Source: a virus
Taxonomy: Duplodnaviria > Caudoviricetes
Direction: 5' to 3' (one strand)
IMG/VR virus record: IMGVR_UViG_3300046490_000039
Span: 1 to 64,000 of that record
Length of the DNA: 64,000 nt
Positions within the stretch are counted from its first letter, which is position 1. The number at the start of each line of letters is the position of its first letter. Both the position numbers and the translations under genes were made by a program. Under the pieces are notes generated by a model that saw only the letters and a program-made list of their open reading frames with translations, was not told the origin of the DNA and made no database searches. Positions 1 to 7,970 of the stretch are shown here, piece after piece.

Positions 1-170
1 TTTCTTGGTCAAGTGATACTGGTCACAGTCGGGGCAGAGGTACCCTCGCTTGGCGAAGCACGGGTCAGCGATGGTCCCGTTGGTCCAGCGCTCCATTAGG
101 AGATCGAGCGCACGCTTGGCGGCTCGGACGTCAGCGTACTGGCGCTTGCCGGTCGGGCAGGATGAGAAAC

Positions 171-500
171 TCACGAGGTTACCTTCGTTCCCCACTCACG
201 ATCGGAGCGGAAGTTGGATGCGGCGTAAGCGGTGTCGCTCAGCTCGTCACAGTAAACGTCCTCGACCCGGCGAACCGTGACGGGCACGCCCTTGCGGACG
301 AACACCCGCTCCACCGTGTAGGTGTCGTTGGCGGCGAGCGTGATGCGGACCCGGTAGCCGTTGCCGACCGGGAGCACGAGGGCACCATCGTCCCAGAAGA
401 CACGACCGCCCGAGATGGCCAGGACGGTCATCCGGCCGATCTGGTTGAGCGTCGTGGCGGCGTCGAAGGGACGGGCGTTGGGAGTCAGCGTTGCGGTCAC
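171..500 (-). CDS. Hypothetical phage protein, leaderless GTG start at 500
   Basis: ORF 171..518. Its ATG-based N-terminus (MAHNEL) overlaps the promoter, and GTG at 500 lies 6 nt after the CATAAT -10 box. Confidence 0.7.
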   Translation of the reverse strand: MTATLTPNARPFDAATTLNQIGRMTVLAISGGRVFWDDGALVLPVGNGYRVRITLAANDTYTVERVFVRKGVPVTVRRVEDVYCDELSDTAYAASNFRSDREWGTKVTS

Positions 501-1081
501 GAGTTCATTATGGGCCATGCCGTCGTCCTTGTCAAGTCCTTTCTTCGGGCGAGGGCCGTCTCAAACGCTTTCGTACCCCTCTTGACCAGGACGTTTACGA
601 GCGATGAAGGAATCTTGGAAATTGTTTGGCCGGATGACGGCATGCAGACCGAGCAGCAGGCGTTTCCGAGCAGGTCCACGGAGTCCTTCGGGTCCTTGCC
701 GGAGAGGCTCGGGATCACGATCGTCTTCGTGGTCGGTCTGAAGCTACGGCACGAGTCGTTGGCGTGCACGTGCCCGTCCGATGAGATCACGAGCCGGTAG
801 CGGCTCCAGCCCGTGTAGGCCCGCTCGTGGTCCTGTATCGCCTTCCGGGCCTCAGATACCCCAGTAGCGGCGTCGAGGAGCGCTACGGCCTCCACAGAGG
901 CGTCTACGGGCAAGGTAGCGGGGGTCCCATCGAGGTTCTGCCACTCTCCGCCACGTCGGCGCTGCCCGAGCGACACCCGATAGATCCGTTCGGCCATGGC
1001 GGCCTTGCGTTCGGCGTCCCGCTGGTGGTTCTCCAGCCGGAGCAGCTCTTCATCGTGCTCTTCAGGAGTCACAGAGAGCAC
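497..1081 (-). CDS. Hypothetical protein, Cys/His motifs (GHVH..C, CCSVC)
   Basis: 194-aa ORF resembling uncharacterised actinophage proteins. Confidence 0.65.
   Translation of the reverse strand: MLSVTPEEHDEELLRLENHQRDAERKAAMAERIYRVSLGQRRRGGEWQNLDGTPATLPVDASVEAVALLDAATGVSEARKAIQDHERAYTGWSRYRLVISSDGHVHANDSCRSFRPTTKTIVIPSLSGKDPKDSVDLLGNACCSVCMPSSGQTISKIPSSLVNVLVKRGTKAFETALARRKDLTRTTAWPIMNS
501..535 (-). promoter_or_regulatory. SigA-type promoter, conserved family copy 1
   Basis: TTGACA(535-530)-N17-CATAAT(512-507)-GAACTC. Confidence 0.85.
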
Positions 1082-1186
1082 ACCCTCTGTGGGGGCGGCT
1101 TCCGCACCTTTGCTTCTCGTAGCAGGAGTAGCAAAGACTCGACGAACGCCGTTGCGGCCGCTCGATGCGCTTCCCTGCGCTCTCGA

Positions 1187-1615
1187 CTACGAGTGGTGGA
1201 CACCACAGCACCCGTGCACCCACTCATAGGAGTCGTTCGCCCACGGAGAGTCAGGATCGGGGTGTCCGATGCCACAGGGACAGGTCCGCTCCATGATTCC
1301 ACGGTCATCCCGCCAGTGTTGCGGGAACGAGCGCATCGAGTGGTCGCTGCGGTTGTGGATCGTGCAGCGCTGGCCCTTGCACAGGGCCGGATCGTGGACG
1401 TTGACCAGGTACCGATCGCTGTGCTCCAGCTTCCATCGGCGGTCACCGTAGGCGCTGTAGTCCTCTCGACCGAGACGCCACCCGTCCAGGAAGTCACCGT
1501 CGAGCACGGGGACGTACCCGAGTAGCGCCAGAGTGAGCCGGGCGACCTCGTAGGTGTTGAATTCCCGGGCATCGTGGGCGTCGGTGGCGGCGACCATCAG
1601 GTCCTTGGCGTTCAC
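1187..1615 (-). CDS. Cys/His-rich hypothetical phage protein
   Basis: HDPALC..CTIH..DH..MERTCPCGIGHPDPD; start overlaps the resolvase stop. Confidence 0.7.
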   Translation of the reverse strand: MNAKDLMVAATDAHDAREFNTYEVARLTLALLGYVPVLDGDFLDGWRLGREDYSAYGDRRWKLEHSDRYLVNVHDPALCKGQRCTIHNRSDHSMRSFPQHWRDDRGIMERTCPCGIGHPDPDSPWANDSYEWVHGCCGVHHS

Positions 1616-2175
1616 TTCAGGCCCTCCCGAGAGATGCAGCGCTGGACGGCGCTCTTGGAGTAGCCGGTGCGCTCCGCAATCTCACGGTGCGAGTAGCCAT
1701 AGCCACGGAGCGTAGCTACCCACTCGCAATCAACCGATGAAGGTTTGCCGAGTACCGTGCCGGAGGCCTTCACGACGGCCAGGCCGTCCTTCGTGCGCTG
1801 GCTGATCATGTTGCGCTCAAACTCAGCGACCGAGGCGAGCACCGAGAACACAAGCTTGCCGATCGGGGTGCTGAAGTCCATGTCGAGATCGAGCACCACG
1901 AGGCGCACGCCCTTGTCCATCAGGTAGCTGGCGGTCTCGACGGCATCGGCCACCGAGCGAGCGAAGCGGTCGAGTTTGGCGACCACGAGCGTATCGCCCT
2001 CACCGAGCGAGTCGATCAGCTCAGTGAAGACCGGCCTCCCAGTCATGTTCTTGCCCGAGGCGTGCTCCACGTGCTCGACGACTGCGGGGAAGCGCAGCTC
2101 GATTGCGAGGCGCTGCGCCGCAATTCCGTTGGTCTGGTCTTCGGTGCTGGTTCGCAGGTACGAGTGTTCGGCCAT
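1612..2175 (-). CDS. Small serine recombinase (resolvase/invertase) with C-terminal HTH
   Basis: YLRTSTEDQ (catalytic Ser), SGK..RP, GDTLVVAKLDRFARS, AEFERNMISQRTKDGL, HTH SHREIAERTGYSKSAV; SD AGGAGAG; promoter TTGACC(2226-2221)-N18-TAGGAT. Confidence 0.93.
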   Translation of the reverse strand: MAEHSYLRTSTEDQTNGIAAQRLAIELRFPAVVEHVEHASGKNMTGRPVFTELIDSLGEGDTLVVAKLDRFARSVADAVETASYLMDKGVRLVVLDLDMDFSTPIGKLVFSVLASVAEFERNMISQRTKDGLAVVKASGTVLGKPSSVDCEWVATLRGYGYSHREIAERTGYSKSAVQRCISREGLK

Positions 2176-2295
2176 GATCTCTCCTAGTTCGGTGCCATCC
2201 TACACCAGGGGTCACCGTTCGGTCAAGTCTCTTTCACAGTACGAGTCTACCGCCCCTAGAGGCGGCGACTCGTTGCGTGGCTCCTGGTACAGAAT

Positions 2296-2472
2296 TCGCC
2301 GTGACCTCCCACCCTACCCACTGGACTAGCTGAGCGTTGGGTGACTTGGATCTACGGACCCTGGGTTAGGATGCGATGCCCACTAGATCAAGTCTAGTCG
2401 TCGCTCGGAGGGGCGGCAACATCGCAGGTCTCGCAGAACCAAGCGGCGTCACGGTGATCGCAGTTTGGGTAG
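2296..2472 (+). ncRNA. Candidate structured ncRNA with pseudoknots, unknown family
   Basis: ORF-free gap with helices 2296-2305/2448-2457, 2324-2328/2395-2399, 2343-2354/2384-2394 and crossing helix 2314-2320/2466-2472. Confidence 0.45.
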
Positions 2473-2527
2473 CGGATCATCGGCGTGCTACAGAGCGAGC
2501 ACACCGGGGTCGATTCGATCAGGACGC

Positions 2528-3625
2528 TCATTGAGCGGTCTCCTCTTCAAGGTTGGTACGGAAGAAATCGAGGTTCTTGACGATGCGTTGGTCGTCGGGG
2601 CTGATAGAGTGCGCCAGCTCTGCCAGCTCGATCGCACGCTCCCTCTTGCCGAGGTGCCACGCTGCGACGGACCCCAGGTCGGCAGCAGCAGATCCCCAGG
2701 CATACGGCTCGGAGAGGTACACAGCGGGTCGCTCGGTCATCGTGAGCGCATGTTCGGCCGCCCAATAGCACTCATCCCAGAGCAGGTGATTGTGGCAGAT
2801 CTGAGCATAGTCGACCCAGGTCTCACGAAGCTCGGGGGCCTCTTCGGTCGCACGGCGTGACCAGCCGATGGCCTCCTCAAAGTCACCCTCACCGAGGCAG
2901 GCCTTCGCTAGATGGCGCATCGAGGCGGCACGCTCGGGGGTCCAGGTGGAGCCTGGTAGCTCGATGTGGCGAGTCAGCTCGACACGAGCCTTTGCCCAGT
3001 CAGCCCGGTAGACGTACTCACGGCCGAGATAGTGCGCTGTGCGGGGATCGTCGGGGCGTTCCTTGGCGGCCAGCTCCAGCAGCGGGAGGTACTGACCCCT
3101 GCTCTTGGAGTTGTCGGCCCAGTGCTCCAGCTTGTGCGTCAGCGTCACGTAGTTGTCGACGGTGCGGTCCTGCGTCAGGGTCTCGTGGACCGGATGAATC
3201 CACCGGTACCCACGACGGGAGTGCACACGGTCGGCCCAGAACGAGATGCCCGGCGAACCGTCAGGTTCGTGGTTCCAGACGTAGAAGTACCGGCCACGGG
3301 TGTGCACGGCCGGGTCCCATACGGCACGGAGCTTCAGCGCCCACCCAGGCTCCAGCACCTCGTCGAGGTCAACGACCACGCACACGTCCACCCACGCCGG
3401 GATCAGCGCCAGTGCGGCGTTCCGGGCGTCGTCGAATCGCCACGGCTGAATCGAGATCTGGTGCACGCTAGCACCATGCAAGCGAAGCTTCTGTACCGTG
3501 GCGTCGGTTGAGCCGGTGTCGGCCACCACCACGATGTCGGCCTCGCTAGCGTTCTCCATGAAGCGATCGACGAACCGCTCCTCGTTCAGGGAGATGGCGT
3601 AGACGGCGATACGTGCAGGCTGCAT
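2528..3625 (-). CDS. Glycosyltransferase family 2 with C-terminal TPR repeats
   Basis: YAISLNEE, VADTGSTD, RFDDARNAAL, DLDE, HPVHE, YLGRE and TPR-like helices; leaderless TACTCT-N6-ATG. Confidence 0.9.
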   Translation of the reverse strand: MQPARIAVYAISLNEERFVDRFMENASEADIVVVADTGSTDATVQKLRLHGASVHQISIQPWRFDDARNAALALIPAWVDVCVVVDLDEVLEPGWALKLRAVWDPAVHTRGRYFYVWNHEPDGSPGISFWADRVHSRRGYRWIHPVHETLTQDRTVDNYVTLTHKLEHWADNSKSRGQYLPLLELAAKERPDDPRTAHYLGREYVYRADWAKARVELTRHIELPGSTWTPERAASMRHLAKACLGEGDFEEAIGWSRRATEEAPELRETWVDYAQICHNHLLWDECYWAAEHALTMTERPAVYLSEPYAWGSAAADLGSVAAWHLGKRERAIELAELAHSISPDDQRIVKNLDFFRTNLEEETAQ

Positions 3626-3651
3626 GGATCAAGAGTACAGCAGGGTTAGCC

Positions 3652-5220
3652 CTATTGGCCGAGGGACTTGTGAGCACGCTCGATCACGGTCTGCGCCCTC
3701 TTCGACGGTTCGCTCGTCAGGAAGCCCTTGCCCTTGCCCTGATCGTACGGTACTGGCGTGTGAAACTGTGAGGCGGTCGGATCGAGTACCTTACCGGACT
3801 TGTTGCGGAGGTACCAGTGCGGTGACCCCTCGTGCCGAATGAACATCGGCGTGTAGCCGGACGCCTTTCCACCGAGCATGTGATACACGGCCTCGGCCGC
3901 CACGTAGCAGTGCCCGGCCATCGGATCGCTCGACCCCTTCCACGGTGCACGGCGAAGCGAATCGTCGAGCGCACCCTGCACGGCGTGGACCACGGTGGTG
4001 CCCGGCGTCGAGCCTCCACGACCGCCACTCTTCGGCGGGCGGCACGCTGCCGAGTAGCACGCTGCCACGAGCGGCTCGATCAGCGGCTCACCGAACTCGT
4101 CCACGATCTCGTCGACAGCGGCGTGGACAGGTACCCAGTCACGGGTTGCGTCGATATCGCCGTCCTCGGCGGGCAGGTGCTCGGTCATGGTGAAGCTCTC
4201 TCCAAAGTTGATCGTGATGCTAGCAGTGATCGGGGTCCGTGTCAAGTAGAAGTCGCCGGACCAGTCGGCACCGAGCAGCATTTCCTTGCCGGGCCACGTC
4301 TCGTAGGCGGGGCGATAGACCGTGGCCTCTTTCGTGAAGTTGTGGGCACCCTCACCGAGCGATGCGATGTGCACCGGCTGAATGTCCTCACCGTCCTTCG
4401 ACGCCTTGAGCAGTGCATCCAGTTTGCGGTTCAGATCGTGGTAGGCCTCGGGCGTGATCTCCCCCCGCTGCATCATCTGGTCGAGACGCATGCCAGCACG
4501 GGACCCGAGACCGAGGATCGCCTGGTGCCGGGTCTCCCCTCGCTGATCGTCGATCCGGAACCCAGCGGCGGCCCAGGCGTACCCACCCACTGAGGCCCCG
4601 GCGTCCACGTGCACGTGGTCCACTCCCCACTTCTGGTATTGCTCCATCGAATGGGCGTTCAGGGCTTGGGCGATCCCCTTCCCCTGGGCTGAATCGTCGA
4701 GATACATCTCCTCGTGCCACACCACGATCCTCTCCGGGTCTACGCTGATGCTCCGCTCAAAGGACCCGACCTTCCTTCCAGCCAGCGTACGAATCTCCCC
4801 GGTCACGTAGAAGCTGTCGCCGGTCCGAGCGCTATCGAGGTTAGTGATCTTGTATCCACCGGGGAGAGTGGCGTCATACCACGATCCGATGAACTTCTCG
4901 GCCCGGATGCTAGCTCTCTCGCTGTCATCACCGGGGATGTCGAGAGCGTCCATGGTGTTATGGGTCAGCTTGTGGAAGGCCGCAATGGGGCGGTCCTCAC
5001 CTCGCTCTCGTGGTGCCGACATCCCTGGGAAACCGGCGTGGCTTGCCTTACGGGACCCACCCGTCCCGCCCGACGTGGGCGGCCGACAGGATGCGTCGTG
5101 ACACGCAGCGACCAGAGCGTCGAGATCGAATCCTGACTGGCCGTTCAGGATATAGACGGGACGGCCGCTCGTTGTCGTGAAGGTTCGCACCTCCGACACC
5201 ACTCGCACCTCTGTCGTCAT
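3652..5220 (-). CDS. Twice-tagged multidomain protein: GNAT-like domain plus papain/transglutaminase-like domain
   Basis: LVAACHDASCRPPTSGGTGGS, then QGKGIA...VGGYAWAAAGF (GNAT-like); LVAACYSAACRPPKSGGRGGS, then GHCY..HWYL..LDPT (C/H/D); leaderless TAGGAT-N6-ATG. Confidence 0.7.
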   Translation of the reverse strand: MTTEVRVVSEVRTFTTTSGRPVYILNGQSGFDLDALVAACHDASCRPPTSGGTGGSRKASHAGFPGMSAPRERGEDRPIAAFHKLTHNTMDALDIPGDDSERASIRAEKFIGSWYDATLPGGYKITNLDSARTGDSFYVTGEIRTLAGRKVGSFERSISVDPERIVVWHEEMYLDDSAQGKGIAQALNAHSMEQYQKWGVDHVHVDAGASVGGYAWAAAGFRIDDQRGETRHQAILGLGSRAGMRLDQMMQRGEITPEAYHDLNRKLDALLKASKDGEDIQPVHIASLGEGAHNFTKEATVYRPAYETWPGKEMLLGADWSGDFYLTRTPITASITINFGESFTMTEHLPAEDGDIDATRDWVPVHAAVDEIVDEFGEPLIEPLVAACYSAACRPPKSGGRGGSTPGTTVVHAVQGALDDSLRRAPWKGSSDPMAGHCYVAAEAVYHMLGGKASGYTPMFIRHEGSPHWYLRNKSGKVLDPTASQFHTPVPYDQGKGKGFLTSEPSKRAQTVIERAHKSLGQ

Positions 5221-5229
5221 GGCCCTATC

Positions 5230-5910
5230 CTAGTGGGTCGGCATGCCGGGGATGTCAGCGATGCGGACCTTCAGCGCAGAGTTGTCATTGCCGAGAGCGT
5301 AGTGCATGGCCATCCGGTGGTGCCCGTCGTAGACCATGTACGTGTTCTTGGCGACCCTCACGAGCTGAGGCTCGTAGCCTTCCCGGAGCGGCTCACCGTC
5401 CAGCACCTTGCGGATGTGCTTGGTCTTCACCACTTTCTCGGTGGCGATCAGCTTGGCACCCTTCGGCAGGGTAGTGACCGGCGTGTTCTCCCAGTCGTGC
5501 TTGGCGGCCAGCGCCCGGCCCTTCGACACCATCTCGGCCGATCCGTGGACCATGCCCATCTTCGCCGTCGAGACGGTCTCGCCCGTGCCGAGGCCAGCGT
5601 GGCCACGGTCGCTGCCCTGGCCGAGCTGGGCACGGCGGCGTGTGTTCATAGCCTTCACCTGCGCCGTCCTCGTCCTGACGTGTCGAGCGGCCTGATCAGC
5701 TCCCGACATCCCCCGTGAGTTGCCTTTCTCGTCGAAGACCCAGTGGAAGCCGGGGTGCTTGACTGACGGGATCGAGTGCGGGCGTCCGAGGCGTGCCGGG
5801 TCGGCAACCCCCTCGGCGGCTGGACCACCGGGGGCGGCGAACCCCCCGCTAGATCCGCCGTGCCCGGCAGGAGGTGGAGCGCACGCTGCCGAGTGGCAGG
5901 CGAAGACCAC
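5230..5910 (-). CDS. Tagged ParB/Sulfiredoxin-like domain protein (start uncertain, 5910 or 5946)
   Basis: VFACHSAACAPPPAGHGGS tag; C-terminal YMVYDGHHRMA motif. Confidence 0.7.
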   Translation of the reverse strand: MVFACHSAACAPPPAGHGGSSGGFAAPGGPAAEGVADPARLGRPHSIPSVKHPGFHWVFDEKGNSRGMSGADQAARHVRTRTAQVKAMNTRRRAQLGQGSDRGHAGLGTGETVSTAKMGMVHGSAEMVSKGRALAAKHDWENTPVTTLPKGAKLIATEKVVKTKHIRKVLDGEPLREGYEPQLVRVAKNTYMVYDGHHRMAMHYALGNDNSALKVRIADIPGMPTH

Positions 5911-5923
5911 GGTGCTCGTGGTC

Positions 5924-6124
5924 CTACAGACGTTCGACAGAGCCATGCTCACCCAGCAGGAGACCGAGCGCATCGGGATCTTCCTCCCACTCGCCCTCTC
6001 CACCCCACTTCACGAAGATGTACGTGCCGTCATCGGCAGCACGGTACTCGACCTTCACGAGCGCAACGGTATCCCCGTTGCCTCGATCAGTGATCTTGTA
6101 CTCTCCCTCTAGTCCTATGGTCAT
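5924..6124 (-). CDS. Small acidic protein, possible antitoxin/immunity partner
   Basis: 66 aa, untagged, purine-rich SD, directly downstream of the RelA/SpoT-like gene. Confidence 0.6.
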   Translation of the reverse strand: MTIGLEGEYKITDRGNGDTVALVKVEYRAADDGTYIFVKWGGEGEWEEDPDALGLLLGEHGSVERL

Positions 6125-6135
6125 CTCTTCCTCTC

Positions 6136-6816
6136 TCAGGCTGCGGGCCTGAATACCTTTGTACCTAGACCCGTGGCACCCTTCGGTACCTTGGCGTGGT
6201 CAGCGATCTCGACCATCTTCTTCGTGAGCATCGTGCGTTCCTGCGGGGTCGTTGTAGCCTGACGGGCCTTCTCGTATATCGGGTGCGTCAGAGCCTTCGC
6301 CCGAAGTGAGTCTACCGTGTGAAACTGAATCTCCACCTTCGCACCGTTCGGGTGCCGGGCGATCATGTGCACGCCGTTGTAGGCGTCACCACGCTGCCAG
6401 TGCGTCTCCAGCTCCTCGATCTTGAATCCTTGCTTCTCCAGCGCCTTCCTGGTAGACTTCACGGCCGCTGTGTACTTGGAGCTGTGCAGGACCGCCGTGT
6501 AGCGCAGAGCATCGGGGATGGCGTTGGCCGACTCCGCCATGCTCTGGTGTCTCTGGAGCGCCTTGTCGTGGATCTTGCGGGTGAGCGAGTCGATACCCTT
6601 CACACGGTGCGTCAGACCGACCAGAGCGCCTCCCTGGTCGAGTACGGTCGAGCGAAGCGTGTCGGTCACACCCTTCTCGATGGCCACTGCATGATCATGC
6701 ACGGCGATGGCCTGCCTTCGGGCCTCGTGCCCCGCCTTCGTCGATCCGCCCTTCCCGGCCGGGGGAGGGGCGCACGCCTTCGTGTAGCAGGCGAACGTCT
6801 GTGCAGTGAGTCTCAC
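6136..6816 (-). CDS. Tagged RelA/SpoT-like nucleotidyltransferase (small alarmone synthetase-like)
   Basis: TFACYTKACAPPPAGKGGS tag; HRVKGIDSLTRKI, DALRYT, YNGVH, VEIQFHT; GTG start 4 nt after the upstream stop. Confidence 0.78.
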   Translation of the reverse strand: MRLTAQTFACYTKACAPPPAGKGGSTKAGHEARRQAIAVHDHAVAIEKGVTDTLRSTVLDQGGALVGLTHRVKGIDSLTRKIHDKALQRHQSMAESANAIPDALRYTAVLHSSKYTAAVKSTRKALEKQGFKIEELETHWQRGDAYNGVHMIARHPNGAKVEIQFHTVDSLRAKALTHPIYEKARQATTTPQERTMLTKKMVEIADHAKVPKGATGLGTKVFRPAA

Positions 6817-6820
6817 TGGA

Positions 6821-7339
6821 TCAGCCGTTCCAGTGCGTGCGGTTCCTGGTAGCTCCACCGGGGATTCTCCGTGAGACGGCACGGTCCTTGAGAGCGTCAT
6901 ACCCGTCGTCACTCCCAGCGGGCTTCATGGGCCGACGTTCCGCTGCGGCCAGCCGATCGTACGAGTCGAGCGCCAGCTTAGCTTGAATGTTCTTGGTCGC
7001 CTTCAGCCGAGACGCCTCGTACGGGTTTCGTGACGCCTTGGCGGCGAGACGATTACCTTCCTGATACACGTGAGCCTTGCTATCGAACACGTGCCGATCC
7101 CCGGCGTCACCCTCGGCGGACATCTTCCCGTCCGAGTGAAGCTTCACGGTCTTGGCCATTTCCTTGTAGTTCGGCGGGCCACCCGCTAGAGCACCGCTCG
7201 CCCCGCCACGGCCGCCGCCAGAGGCGTAACCCTTCTGCCCACCACCGCCACCGCTACCGCCCGAGCCACCACTTCCCGGAGGACGACAAGCTGCCGAGTG
7301 ACAGGCAAACACCTCTGCGGAAACCTTCAACACGGCCAT
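6821..7339 (-). CDS. Tagged protein with Gly-rich linker and unknown C-terminal domain
   Basis: VFACHSAACRPPGSGGSGGS; leaderless TAGGAT-N6-ATG. Confidence 0.7.
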   Translation of the reverse strand: MAVLKVSAEVFACHSAACRPPGSGGSGGSGGGGGQKGYASGGGRGGASGALAGGPPNYKEMAKTVKLHSDGKMSAEGDAGDRHVFDSKAHVYQEGNRLAAKASRNPYEASRLKATKNIQAKLALDSYDRLAAAERRPMKPAGSDDGYDALKDRAVSRRIPGGATRNRTHWNG

Positions 7340-7364
7340 GGCTTGATCCTAGCAGGGGTGACCA

Positions 7365-7413
7365 TAGAAACGAAACAGCTCCCCCACCGGTTCCGGATGG
7401 CGAGGGAGCTGTT
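7365..7413 (-). terminator. Intrinsic terminator
   Basis: AAACAGCTCCC...GGGAGCTGTTT stem followed by CGTTTCT on the minus strand. Confidence 0.7.
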
Positions 7414-7590
7414 TGGACCGTCGTCCGGGGACCTAAGGCGGTTCCCATAGCCTGATCAGTTGGTCACGGGCTGATCTCCCGGCGAGAAGATTCGCATGCT
7501 CACGGATGCGTCCAGCCTTTGGGTCTAGGGCGCTGGCGTCCCTCCGGTTATGTACGCTTGCCGGACTGCGACCGCTCCGTCGAGCGATGA
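7365..7590 (-). ncRNA. Candidate ~220-nt multi-hairpin small RNA
   Basis: Own promoter TTGACC(7624-7619)-N18-TAGAGT(7600-7595), about 8 consecutive short hairpins, terminator, no start codon near the predicted TSS. Confidence 0.5.
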
Positions 7591-7620
7591 TGTAACTCTA
7601 CCACCAGGTCGGCGCTTCGG

Positions 7621-7953
7621 TCAAGAACCTTCGTGGGTGCCCTCGGTCTGGGCGGCCTCACGGCGAGCGGTCCGCTCCTGGAGCACCCCCAGCGCCGAGA
7701 GGAGGTACTCGATCGCCTCCAGGTTCTCCACGCAGGCGAATCGTGCGTTCGATGCGGTCTGGTAGAAGTTGAGGCGCTGCACGGCAGCGGCGATCACGGT
7801 CTCGACGAAAGCGCCGTTCGGCTCGACTCGATCAGCGCCACGACCGAGCGGGCCGTTCTGCCACGAGATCCGAAGACCGACACCGTTGACCGATCCACCG
7901 GCCGGGTTGCCATCATCGTCGAGGAAGTTGAGGGGGACGTACGTCTGAAGCAT
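7621..7953 (-). CDS. tad1: Tad1-like nucleotide-signal sponge (anti-Thoeris/CBASS)
   Basis: ISWQNGP..NGAFVETVI..RLNFYQ..FACVEN..A..L..RTARR..EGT matches the Tad1 family pattern; leaderless TACACT-N6-ATG at 7953. Confidence 0.72.
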   Translation of the reverse strand: MLQTYVPLNFLDDDGNPAGGSVNGVGLRISWQNGPLGRGADRVEPNGAFVETVIAAAVQRLNFYQTASNARFACVENLEAIEYLLSALGVLQERTARREAAQTEGTHEGS

Positions 7954-7970
7954 GGGATAAGTGTAGACCA

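Noticed and set aside
1612-2472. IS607-type element with omega RNA
   Set aside because: The HTH is C-terminal (resolvase type), and no tnpB or element ends are present.
5230-5910. ParB partition protein indicating a plasmid prophage
   Set aside because: Only the ParB/Srx catalytic-type motif is present, with no HTH or parA neighbour, and it carries the cassette tag.
7414-7590. CRISPR array or mini-array
   Set aside because: The hairpins share no repeated sequence and no cas operon is present; the Cas4-like gene at 47054 is in a normal recombination cluster.
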